A stretch of 64,000 nt of DNA. Origin: a virus. Under the pieces are notes generated by a model. The model was given only the letters and a program-made list of their open reading frames with translations. It was not told the origin of the DNA and ran no database searches. The DNA lies in the IMG/VR virus record IMGVR_UViG_3300010965_000427, positions 32,001 to 96,000 of that record; one strand, 5' to 3'. Made by a program: the position numbers and the translations under genes. Positions 49,070 to 58,155 of the stretch are shown piece after piece; the stretch's first letter is position 1, and each line of letters begins with the position of its first letter.

Positions 49070-50059
49070 TTAAGGAACTGGCCTTGGATTGGTTTCTGTT
49101 ATTGTTTCTGCTACGATGTCTTTTGCTTTTAATCCATTGCCAACCTCAAGGCTATTGTCTATTTTAAAACCAGAAGGAGTTGTAGACATTCCTGGCATCG
49201 TCATTGGCCCAGTTACTGTCATTCCATTTTGCATATTTGTAACTCCCTGAACAGTGGCTGTGCTCTGCAAGGTAGTTGCTCCTTTAACATTTATAGTGTT
49301 GTCTAATGTAGCCGCGCCCTTGACGCCAACGGTATCGTCCATGGTTACGGCCCCTTTAACGGCAGCCTTTGCCTCCATTTTAACATCTCCTTTTGTTGTA
49401 GATCTATTGCTTATATTAACATCTGGAGCCGTGAGATTAATTGATTTAATAGCAGTTAAAGATATTGTTCCTTCCTTGCTATCGAGTTTAAATATATTTC
49501 CAACATCATCTTTCATTTCAATATAACCTTCTTTGGTATCAATTTTAACATCGTAAGAATAAGGCTCTTCGTCTGATCTAGATGTATGAATTTTAATATG
49601 TTTATCGTGCGTGCTAATTTCTGCCCAATACGAAGACTCCTTATCCCACTCTTCTAATGGTTTTTTCTTATCCCCACACATAAAGCATACGGTTTCTAAA
49701 CGCCTTATTCCTGGCTCGTTAAAAATAGGGGTCCAAAAATACTCATCATTATCCCCGTATTTAAATATCATCACTGTTTCATTAGCGCAGCAATCCGGGG
49801 CGGTGCCTCGGTTGCTGCCGCCTAATGGAATCCATTTTGCTGTGATAGTGGCCTTCCCTTCGGTGGAAGACGATGACGTGGCGCCAGAGCTGTCGGGAAG
49901 AGAATTAGAAAAAGATAATTTATAATCATTAATTGGGCCGTGCGTTAATGGAAGATCTTCAACCGGAAAAACTATTAATTCAGTGCTCGTTCGTTCCTTA
50001 TCTTTAGCTACTATTCCTAGCGAATAGAATCTAAAGCTACTGGTATCGTTTTTTACCAT
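49070..50059 (-). CDS. Baseplate central spike (gp5/GpV-like; phiKZ gp164-like)
   Basis: YSLGIVAKDK, AKWIP..SNR.TAPD...NE.V OB-fold-like region, then V.G..T beta-helix repeats. Confidence 0.7.
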   Translation of the reverse strand: MVKNDTSSFRFYSLGIVAKDKERTSTELIVFPVEDLPLTHGPINDYKLSFSNSLPDSSGATSSSSTEGKATITAKWIPLGGSNRGTAPDCCANETVMIFKYGDNDEYFWTPIFNEPGIRRLETVCFMCGDKKKPLEEWDKESSYWAEISTHDKHIKIHTSRSDEEPYSYDVKIDTKEGYIEMKDDVGNIFKLDSKEGTISLTAIKSINLTAPDVNISNRSTTKGDVKMEAKAAVKGAVTMDDTVGVKGAATLDNTINVKGATTLQSTATVQGVTNMQNGMTVTGPMTMPGMSTTPSGFKIDNSLEVGNGLKAKDIVAETITETNPRPVP

Positions 50060-50102
50060 ACGTTTCTCAGAACAACTTGATTGTTAAAAGAGGGTTTTAA
50101 TC

Positions 50103-50747
50103 GTGAATGAATATCAACGTGTTTTTTTGCATTATTTAATAAACATTGGCGTGTTAAAGTTTGGTGACTTTCAACTCAAATCTGGAAGGCAAAGCCCTTA
50201 TTTTATTAACACTGGATTATTTAATACTGGATTACGTTTAATGCATTTAGCTGGAGCATACGTTAATTGCATATTAAATAATAATATTAATTTTGATGTA
50301 CTATATGGACCGGCTTATAAAGGAATCCCATTAGTATCTGCGATTAGCATGATGTTTTTAATTAAACATGAAAGAGAAGTTCCTTATGCATTTAATAGAA
50401 AAGAATACGAAGATCGTAAAAAAAATGAAGTAATAATTGGACACCCGCTATATGGAAATGTATTAATTATTGATGATGTGATAACAGCCGGGACTTCAAT
50501 AAAGCAATCAGAAAAAATTATTACGGATAACGGAGCAAAACCTATAGGGGCCGTAACTATGCTAGATAGACAAGAGGTTGGGACTGCTAATGTTTCAGCA
50601 ACTGAAGAAATAGAACATTTACTTAATATCCAAGTATTTTCTATTGTAACATTTCAGCAACTGGTAGATTGCTTAGATGAATTCACAATGGATAAAAATA
50701 TAATAAAATCAATGACAGATTATAGAAATATGTATGGAGTAAAATAA
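50103..50747 (+). CDS. pyrE: Orotate phosphoribosyltransferase homolog with altered catalytic loop
   Basis: LKFGDFQLKSGRQSPYF, GPAYKGIP, PRPP-binding VLIIDDVITAGTS and LDRQE motifs. Confidence 0.9.
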   Translation: MNEYQRVFLHYLINIGVLKFGDFQLKSGRQSPYFINTGLFNTGLRLMHLAGAYVNCILNNNINFDVLYGPAYKGIPLVSAISMMFLIKHEREVPYAFNRKEYEDRKKNEVIIGHPLYGNVLIIDDVITAGTSIKQSEKIITDNGAKPIGAVTMLDRQEVGTANVSATEEIEHLLNIQVFSIVTFQQLVDCLDEFTMDKNIIKSMTDYRNMYGVK

Positions 50748-50776
50748 AAAGTATATATTCCAATACTAAACAACTA

Positions 50777-50791
50777 CATATACTCAATATA
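50777..50791 (+). promoter_or_regulatory. Promoter-like 15-mer CATATACTCAATATA
   Basis: Matches the 8-copy motif. Confidence 0.5.
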
Positions 50792-50815
50792 ATATAACCT
50801 AAAGGTAAATCTGGC

Positions 50816-51088
50816 ATGAATGGATCAGAATCTTCTCCTGCTGATGAATATGAAATAATGACTGCTATTTCGACTCTAAATGAGAACGCAACCGAAGAAA
50901 GAATTAACGAATTTTTAAATACCATTTCAAATTCTAGAGTTTCATATATCTTAACCGTTTTGGAAATGAGAGGTTTTATAAAATCTAATTTTGAAAGAAA
51001 TGTTAAAAAGCCAATTTTTGAAATAACAGATCTTGGAAGGTCATCTCTAGACTTTATAAAAAACCTATTTTTCAATAATAAATATTAA
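50816..51088 (+). CDS. Winged-helix DNA-binding protein
   Basis: VSYILTVLEMRGFIK...FEITDLGR, a MarR/PadR-like wing. Confidence 0.6.
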   Translation: MNGSESSPADEYEIMTAISTLNENATEERINEFLNTISNSRVSYILTVLEMRGFIKSNFERNVKKPIFEITDLGRSSLDFIKNLFFNNKY

Positions 51089-51119
51089 ACAATTTTAAAA
51101 CATTATTTGGAGCTAAAAA

Positions 51120-51425
51120 ATGAATGAAAATAAAACGCTGTTTGTAATGACAAACAGCGAAGGCTTGGGAACTGCGTCGTTTCCAAAATACAAAGGGCTA
51201 CGGGTTATTCACACCCATTACTCTATCGATGTACATTTAGACAACGCAGCGTTATTTATTGATGCAAAAAATGGTCTATGTAGATATAATTCCGACATTT
51301 CTCCACGCGCATTGGGATATGACGAAAATAGCGAAAAATGGGAAGACCGCGGGTCTGACGAATTAAGAAAAATGGCAAGGGAAGCTCGGGCATCCGAAAT
51401 GGAGATAGTGGATTATAAAGAATAA
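51120..51425 (+). CDS. Hypothetical protein
   Basis: 101-aa ORF with GGAG RBS. Confidence 0.65.
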   Translation: MNENKTLFVMTNSEGLGTASFPKYKGLRVIHTHYSIDVHLDNAALFIDAKNGLCRYNSDISPRALGYDENSEKWEDRGSDELRKMAREARASEMEIVDYKE

Positions 51426-51443
51426 CCTCTGCCAGAAAATCTA

Positions 51444-51483
51444 TATTAGTTAATGCATTTAGTAATTAATGCATTAACTAATA
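51444..51483. other. AT-rich intergenic inverted repeat
   Basis: 16-bp arms TATTAGTTAATGCATT/AATGCATTAACTAATA. Confidence 0.7.
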
Positions 51484-51519
51484 AAACCTAAACGAATCTA
51501 AACTAAAAAAGGCAACTCA

Positions 51520-51810
51520 ATGAACGATTCTACTTCCAGAAACAGCGATCTATCGAAAACTCAACTGACAGCTTTAAAAATAATTTCAGAATTAGGGGAT
51601 AATGCATATGGAGTAACAGTCCAAGAAAAACTTTTTTTGAAAACAGGAATAGAGCATTCGACAGGAGAAGTCTATGTATTATTGCGCAGCCTCGAAGATC
51701 AGGAATTAACTGCATCGGCTCTTGGAGACGCTACAGAAGAACGCGGCGGAAAAAGAAAGCGTTTATACAAGTTGACAGAGAAAGGGGAAAATGAAATAAA
51801 AGACTGTTAA
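51520..51810 (+). CDS. PadR-family transcriptional regulator
   Basis: AYGVTV...S.GEVYVLL..LE....ERGGKRKRLYKLTEKG. Confidence 0.85.
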   Translation: MNDSTSRNSDLSKTQLTALKIISELGDNAYGVTVQEKLFLKTGIEHSTGEVYVLLRSLEDQELTASALGDATEERGGKRKRLYKLTEKGENEIKDC

Positions 51811-51869
51811 AAAATTTTAAAATAAGTTAAAAACTCGTCAAATCTAAAACAATCTAAAGGCAAAACAAA

Positions 51870-52154
51870 ATGAAAAGTCAAAACATTTCCATTGATGATA
51901 ACAAAATCAATTTTAATACACCAGTAATAAATGTTTATTTTAACGGAATAAGTATTGTAGCCGAATGGAATGAGCTTGATTTAAAAACAGTGCTATCAAA
52001 ATCTTCTATGGAAGACAGGATCTTAGCACGTAAAAACCAAAGATTAAATACTGAAACAGAAGAACAAGCGTTACGACTAATTAAAGTGTATGAAAAAACT
52101 CATCCAGAACAAGCAGAAATCACCATTGTTAACAAAAAAATACATAACTTATAA
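51870..52154 (+). CDS. Hypothetical protein
   Basis: 94-aa ORF. Confidence 0.6.
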   Translation: MKSQNISIDDNKINFNTPVINVYFNGISIVAEWNELDLKTVLSKSSMEDRILARKNQRLNTETEEQALRLIKVYEKTHPEQAEITIVNKKIHNL

Positions 52155-52173
52155 TAAATAAAGAAATATTACA

Positions 52174-52464
52174 ATGCTATTTATAACAGACAGACTAGAT
52201 TCTTTAAACTACCGGAAGTGTAAACGTCTAGTAGATATTACAAAAATAGAAGCACAGTGCTTTGTTGCAAATGCCTTGGTTTTTTACCCACATGTAAAAG
52301 ATTATGACGTTGCTAGACTTTTTACAGATGAACTTGGAGTTGAAATATTAACAAACACAATTGATGTTAATGTTACTGATGTTGATGCAATTTTAATTGG
52401 AACAATAAATCCTGAAAATTGCGAAGTGTCTTGGAGATACGCCAACCATACAAGAACAAGTTGA
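52174..52464 (+). CDS. Hypothetical protein
   Basis: 96-aa ORF. Confidence 0.6.
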   Translation: MLFITDRLDSLNYRKCKRLVDITKIEAQCFVANALVFYPHVKDYDVARLFTDELGVEILTNTIDVNVTDVDAILIGTINPENCEVSWRYANHTRTS

Positions 52465-52501
52465 AAAAAATATGTAAAATTAATCTAAAATAAAATCACT
52501 A

Positions 52502-52551
52502 TTTATCTACCCTAGCCCAAGTAGGCTAGGGTAGATAAAGAATTTTTTTTT
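52502..52551 (+). terminator. Long-stem terminator
   Basis: 16-bp perfect stem 52502-52517/52524-52539 plus a T-run. Confidence 0.8.
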
Positions 52552-52602
52552 AGTTTTTCGTTTGATTTATTGACTAGCGACTCTTTTACATATAGGTATT
52601 TC

Positions 52603-55092
52603 ATGCACTATTGTTCGATAGAGCTCTTTAAGTATAAAAGATTTTCATTAAACGGAATAAATCGTTTTAAGGCAACATTTACTCAAAGACTCCAGCTTAT
52701 ATTAGGAAGCAATGGTAGTGGAAAAACGTCGTTACTTAGAGAATTAACGGCCCTTCCAGCCAGCCAAGTCGATTATTATAAAGACGGTTATAAGAAAATC
52801 TCCATTATAAGCAATGAGCAACAGTTTGATTTAATGTCTGATTTTGGTAAAACAAAACCTCATAGTTTTAAAATTAACGGCGAAGAAAAAAACGACGGAG
52901 GAACAGCAGCTATACAAAAAGAGTTAGTATGGCAATATTTTAAAATAACTTCAGAAATACACGAGCTTTTATTGGGCTCTGTAAAATTTCATTCAATGGG
53001 CCCAGCTGAGCGTGGAAAATGGTTTTCTAAAATTTCTAAAACGGATTATCAATATGCAATTGGTGTTTATCAAAAATTAAAAGAAAAACACCGAGATGTG
53101 ATTGGAGGAGTTAAGCTTACGTCGTCCAGAATAGTCCAAGAAAATAAGTCTTTATTGACTGCCGAAAAGGAAGAGATTATTAAACAAGAAATCATTGAAT
53201 TAAAATCACACATCGATTCTTTACTTCAATTAAAATCGCCTTTAGCTTATGAAGTCCCAAAGCATAAAGAGGCTATAGGTCTTATCGATGAGAAATTAAA
53301 ACAAGACACAGCCTTCCTATATGAATCAATTCGTAAACTTCGTATATATATGCCTTTTACATCTTATAAACAAATTGAAGAAGCAATTATTCATAGCCGA
53401 GCCACCGCTCAAGCATTGTCAAAAACAATTCAAACATTATCTGAGGAGATTGAATCTGAGCAACATCTTCTTTCTTTACTCACAAAAACAAATCTTACTA
53501 GCATATCGGAATTAGAACAGCAAAAGAAAAAATTATCAGATTGTATTTTTTTAGCTGAAAAAAAACGAAAATATGATTTTAAATTCAATAATTGCGAAAC
53601 AGCTTTTCAGGCTTTTGAAGCAGTAAACGAATCCCTTATAACTATATTTACTACGTTGCCACAAAATACAGATCGCCGTTATTGTAGAAAAAAATACGAA
53701 GAAGAACAAGCAAATTTACAAAAATTACAATTGCAAAAAGAATTGCTATATAAAACACATCTTGAATTACTTCATCAGAAAGCTATGCTAGATGACGATT
53801 TTAAAAACCATCCCATTTCTTGCCCAAAATGCAAACATCAATGGCATAAAGCTTATACTCCGTTGCGATATTCTAACATAGTTGAAAATATTAAACATCA
53901 TTCGGAAATGTCTGAAAATATTGAAGATCAAATAAAAGAAACAATTCAATGCATTGAAGAAAATAGACAATATTCAACGACTTATAAGACATGGATTGAA
54001 ATTAAACAAAATTGGGTTATTTTAAAACCCTTGTGGGACTCAATAGACGAAACTGGTTTATTATTACAAAATCCAAAAGCACTGATTCAATATCTTTTAG
54101 ACGTAGAAATTGATTTTGAAATACTAATAGAAATACATCATCTAACAACGCAATATCAAGAGCTTATTCAATTATTTAATAAATTGAAAAAAGACGAAGA
54201 AACATCAATTAATCAATTAACAGAAAAATTTTTAAAAGATCAGGAAAAACTGCACACACTGACCTGCGAGTTAAATATAACAAATAAAAAAACAGACGTA
54301 TATGAAATAGACAAAAAACAATGGATTGTTATAGAAAACTTAACTTCCAATTTAGAAAATCTTCTTAAAGAACGTCACGGCCTTACAGAAAAAATAAAGC
54401 TAGCGCTAAATAAACAAGCTGTTAATGAAATGCTTCAATTTGCTTATATTGCTTTATCCAAAAGAGAGCAGCAATTATCCGAGATTATAGTTCAACAAGG
54501 AATTATAATTGATCTAAAAAAACAATTAGAAACTTATGAAAAAAAACAAATTATTTATTTTGACTTATTATCAGAGCTATCCCCGACGGATGGCCTTATT
54601 GCCCGTGGCTTATTAGGTTTTATAAATCACGTAATTGATCAAATGAATGAACTTATTAAAAAAGTTTGGTTTTATCCGCTTACAATAATGCACTGTAAAT
54701 ATAATGAAATTGATGGAATAGATTTGGATTATAAATTTCCAGTGTGCGTTAATGACGGCAGCATTACTCCCGATATAAATAAAACATCCTCGGCTATGCG
54801 GGAAATTATTGATTTGGCTTTTAAAGTGGTTTGTATGAATTATTTAAATATATCTAATACTCCCCTCTATCTAGACGAATTTGCGGCAATGATGGACGAT
54901 GCTCATAGAACATCTGCTTTTAAGATGATAGGGGAGCTGGCAGCATCTAGCGAGTTTTCTCAAATTTTTGTGGTAAGTCATTATCAACATCTTTACGGCA
55001 GTTTAGCAAATGCCCAAATAACTGTGTTATGCGATGCTAATATTCAGTTGCAAGACACAGCCGTTTTTAATAAACACGTTGAAATTGATTAA
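52603..55092 (+). CDS. sbcC: SbcC/Rad50-like SMC ATPase (phiKZ gp165-like)
   Basis: Walker A GSNGSGKTS, coiled coils, CPKC zinc hook, TSSAMRE signature, LYLDEF Walker B, VVSH; ATG 52603. Confidence 0.88.
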   Translation: MHYCSIELFKYKRFSLNGINRFKATFTQRLQLILGSNGSGKTSLLRELTALPASQVDYYKDGYKKISIISNEQQFDLMSDFGKTKPHSFKINGEEKNDGGTAAIQKELVWQYFKITSEIHELLLGSVKFHSMGPAERGKWFSKISKTDYQYAIGVYQKLKEKHRDVIGGVKLTSSRIVQENKSLLTAEKEEIIKQEIIELKSHIDSLLQLKSPLAYEVPKHKEAIGLIDEKLKQDTAFLYESIRKLRIYMPFTSYKQIEEAIIHSRATAQALSKTIQTLSEEIESEQHLLSLLTKTNLTSISELEQQKKKLSDCIFLAEKKRKYDFKFNNCETAFQAFEAVNESLITIFTTLPQNTDRRYCRKKYEEEQANLQKLQLQKELLYKTHLELLHQKAMLDDDFKNHPISCPKCKHQWHKAYTPLRYSNIVENIKHHSEMSENIEDQIKETIQCIEENRQYSTTYKTWIEIKQNWVILKPLWDSIDETGLLLQNPKALIQYLLDVEIDFEILIEIHHLTTQYQELIQLFNKLKKDEETSINQLTEKFLKDQEKLHTLTCELNITNKKTDVYEIDKKQWIVIENLTSNLENLLKERHGLTEKIKLALNKQAVNEMLQFAYIALSKREQQLSEIIVQQGIIIDLKKQLETYEKKQIIYFDLLSELSPTDGLIARGLLGFINHVIDQMNELIKKVWFYPLTIMHCKYNEIDGIDLDYKFPVCVNDGSITPDINKTSSAMREIIDLAFKVVCMNYLNISNTPLYLDEFAAMMDDAHRTSAFKMIGELAASSEFSQIFVVSHYQHLYGSLANAQITVLCDANIQLQDTAVFNKHVEID

Positions 55093-55106
55093 AAAATTAA
55101 GAGTTA

Positions 55107-55139
55107 CATATATTTAATATAGTTCTTTAAATGGAACTA
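55107..55139 (+). promoter_or_regulatory. Promoter-like 15-mer followed by a short hairpin
   Basis: CATATATTTAATATA, then TAGTTC/GAACTA. Confidence 0.55.
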
Positions 55140-55174
55140 AATCTTTTTCTTTTAACTGCCTAAATAGGTGCACA

Positions 55175-55702
55175 ATGGCTATTGCAAATAAATCCGGATT
55201 AGTTTCTTTTAATCAATTTCAAGTTTGTGAAAATGGCGAAATATTAAAAAGAATGGAGGAAAATGAAGTAATTTTTGAAAAAGCTTCGAATATTGCGGAA
55301 AGATCTATCGTCTCTTCAATGGATAATCCAGTTTTTATTGGAAACCCGTTTATTTATTGCAGGCCATTAATGGCAAACGTGCCTTCTGTTTATTTTGTAG
55401 CTGAAATTCCGGGCGTTTGTTTAGATTCTAAACTTCACGATATTGATTTTACATCAAGTGCATCATTAATTTTTGAAATTAAAATTGACTACAGATTAAT
55501 TACAGTGCACATTTCATCGTTTATATATAAAAAACAAATAATTGTATTTACAATGCCTAAAGAGTGTTTAGATATAATTTCCAATTTAGACATAATTCAA
55601 TCAAATCATGGAATCCAGCAAGAACCTCAAATATGGGAAACATTGCAAAAAATATTTAATACATTAGCATTCTTGAAAAACGATGCGCTAACCATGTCAT
55701 AA
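55175..55702 (+). CDS. Hypothetical protein
   Basis: 175-aa ORF with its own promoter-like motif and terminator. Confidence 0.65.
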   Translation: MAIANKSGLVSFNQFQVCENGEILKRMEENEVIFEKASNIAERSIVSSMDNPVFIGNPFIYCRPLMANVPSVYFVAEIPGVCLDSKLHDIDFTSSASLIFEIKIDYRLITVHISSFIYKKQIIVFTMPKECLDIISNLDIIQSNHGIQQEPQIWETLQKIFNTLAFLKNDALTMS

Positions 55703-55732
55703 TGGCTCAATAGTTAAAAACGCTAGCTTTAT

Positions 55733-55770
55733 GATTTTGCCCAATAGCTTTATGGCTATTGGGCAAAATC
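55733..55770. terminator. Bidirectional terminator
   Basis: 16-bp perfect stem between convergent genes. Confidence 0.75.
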
Positions 55771-55802
55771 TGCTTTTTTAAATTTTTTAATTATAGCTCA
55801 CA

Positions 55803-56420
55803 TTACATTTCGCCCAAATGGCCAATGATAAAATTTTCTAGTTCTGTTAATTTAGACTGTAGATGTTGATTAGTAATTTGCAATTGTCGGTATTTTAAAG
55901 CAATCGAATATTGATCTGTTATTCTAGAGTTCCTAGCTGTAATTAAAGCCTGGTGTTCTTCTTGAGTAAGTAATTGTTCTTTTGAAACAACTACCTCTTT
56001 AATAACTGGCCTTATCCCTAAGTGCTTATAAACTACTTCAGATATATCCTGAGTGACCGCTGTGAGATTTGTGGTAACAGCGTGAGATCCTATGCTTACC
56101 CCTAATACGTTTGCTGTATAAATCACTCCATCTGCCGACGGAGACCCAATAATGTAATTAGTTGGAACGTAAAGCCACTGCCCAACTTCACTTTGCAAAG
56201 AAGCAATTAATTGATTGGCCGAAATAGCTGTATTAAAATCAGATTGTGTTAATTGGTTTTTTAAATATACAGAAGCTAAAGGGTCTTGATCTGAATCCAG
56301 CCATTCATTAATTGTTCTTAAAGCTTGAATTGTATATATTACAGTGCTAGTTTGAAATGGAGTTATTAGTTGAAACCTACCTTTCATTCCAACAGTTAAA
56401 ACGGCAGTTATACTTGGCAT
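55803..56420 (-). CDS. Conserved phiKZ-like virion-associated protein
   Basis: G.KG.F.L..PF...YT..A.R and YVP..YI pattern; C-terminal coiled coil. Confidence 0.55.
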   Translation of the reverse strand: MPSITAVLTVGMKGRFQLITPFQTSTVIYTIQALRTINEWLDSDQDPLASVYLKNQLTQSDFNTAISANQLIASLQSEVGQWLYVPTNYIIGSPSADGVIYTANVLGVSIGSHAVTTNLTAVTQDISEVVYKHLGIRPVIKEVVVSKEQLLTQEEHQALITARNSRITDQYSIALKYRQLQITNQHLQSKLTELENFIIGHLGEM

Positions 56421-56433
56421 AATTTTGCTCTAT

Positions 56434-57726
56434 TTAAACGCTGGTGACTTCAAATTTTGCCAACATAATATAACTTATGTTATCAAAAACGCACGACACG
56501 TATACTTTATTATCTCTAATCACTCTGCGAAACTGAGTGGGTAAATTTCCTAAAGGAGTCAATTGTTCAGAACTAATTATTAATTGCTCTATCAAAATAA
56601 GCCACTCTCTGGTTTTTTGCGTCATTCTATTAAAGTCTAATGAAGTAGATGGAATTGGAATATAGTCAGGAAATAAAGTGCGAAAAACAGTGTTTCCTGT
56701 GGTATTATTTAATCCATTAATTATAATAATGCAAAGCGCTTTATAATCAAATGGAATAATTGTCATATTATTCTGTATAAATAAATCGTTATAAAAGTCT
56801 ACTTTGTCTTTAGCAAACGTGGTGTATTCGACCGGATCAATTAAAGACGAATAAATTCCTCCTTGAGTTGTAAGATTCGGAATAGCGTATTTATCCCATC
56901 TGGGTAGTAAAACAAATTCATTTCTTTTAAAAATATCTGGAAATATAGCTTCCCATTCAGAAACTGTGTGAGTTGAATTTTGAAGAATGTATTGTACTAA
57001 AAAGTCTCTAATGGTATCAAAATCGTCCCCGGCTATCCCGTATATTAGAAAAAACCAATTTGTTGTTATTGGCACTTGGCCCGCTGGTTTATATTCAAAT
57101 GTCATTGTTCTAAGAATTGTTTCCGGAATATCCTGCCTAGCTTCTTGAGATAAATCTATCATCTGAATTAAAGTTCTTTCAGATAATTTTTGAATAACTA
57201 ATTGACGAGACAAAAAGAAATCGTCCAATCTAGCTAATGGAGTAATTGGAGTTATCGAATACTCATCGTACCATGTTTCAAAAGATGCGTTGGAATACCA
57301 AAGTTTTACTAATGTAGAAGTCGTTGAAATGTTCGTCCAAGAAATCCATTCAGGCAACCACAGCGTTCCGTCTGTTACAAAAGTGCCAAGTTCTATTGTA
57401 GATATTTGTGTTGGAAATGTGTTTAATAGCATAGCAATAACGGCATTCTTATCGTAAGGTGCTAAATTGCTTTGTGTATAAGCAATGCATGCTTTTGTTA
57501 CAAGAATGCATTGAAGTATAAGGCTTGCAGAAGCGACTGTGGCGCCAGAAGGACTAGCGCTTTTAAAAGCATTTATCGTAAAGCCCGGATGATTGTCGTT
57601 AGTATATATTCCAAGCTCCTTTGTATATGTTCTAGATATAGGAGAAAGTTCTCCTAAGGGAGCAACAACTGATACTTCATTTCTGATTAATGACGAAATA
57701 GTTAAAAAACCTTTTAAAGAATTCAT
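56434..57726 (-). CDS. Virion structural protein (phiKZ-like)
   Basis: LKGF, GELSP.S.TY, WE.IFPDIFK..EF...PRW and S.DFNRM...T blocks. Confidence 0.65.
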   Translation of the reverse strand: MNSLKGFLTISSLIRNEVSVVAPLGELSPISRTYTKELGIYTNDNHPGFTINAFKSASPSGATVASASLILQCILVTKACIAYTQSNLAPYDKNAVIAMLLNTFPTQISTIELGTFVTDGTLWLPEWISWTNISTTSTLVKLWYSNASFETWYDEYSITPITPLARLDDFFLSRQLVIQKLSERTLIQMIDLSQEARQDIPETILRTMTFEYKPAGQVPITTNWFFLIYGIAGDDFDTIRDFLVQYILQNSTHTVSEWEAIFPDIFKRNEFVLLPRWDKYAIPNLTTQGGIYSSLIDPVEYTTFAKDKVDFYNDLFIQNNMTIIPFDYKALCIIIINGLNNTTGNTVFRTLFPDYIPIPSTSLDFNRMTQKTREWLILIEQLIISSEQLTPLGNLPTQFRRVIRDNKVYVSCVFDNISYIMLAKFEVTSV

Positions 57727-57782
57727 TTTTTCACAACTCCAAGCGGAAGCTTACAACAAACGACTGAAACGCGAGATTAACA

Positions 57783-58100
57783 ATGTGGCGTGGTCTTTTT
57801 TCACTTATATCGTTTTTACAAGAAGTATTTAATGAAAGAAAAGAAGAAAGAAGTTTTAATCACGAATCCTTCAATATATATCGTTTTATTTTTTATTTAA
57901 TTTTTGCTATTTTAATAATAACAAATGTTTCTAGCATTTTTATTCTTAATCGCTTAACAAATAAATACATTTCTATTGAACTTCTATACGATAAGCTCAT
58001 GCATTCTTGTTTAAAAGACAATGAATTAATTGAAAGACACAATCAATTAAATGACCAAGATTTAACAACAGGCATAGTGCCAGGCAATCCTAGAAAATAA
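57783..58100 (+). CDS. Small membrane protein
   Basis: Single TM helix followed by an amphipathic segment. Confidence 0.55.
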   Translation: MWRGLFSLISFLQEVFNERKEERSFNHESFNIYRFIFYLIFAILIITNVSSIFILNRLTNKYISIELLYDKLMHSCLKDNELIERHNQLNDQDLTTGIVPGNPRK

Positions 58101-58155
58101 AAAATGAATATTCTAATTTTCTAGACACGATAATAAAAAGCCAGGAGTTTTCAGT

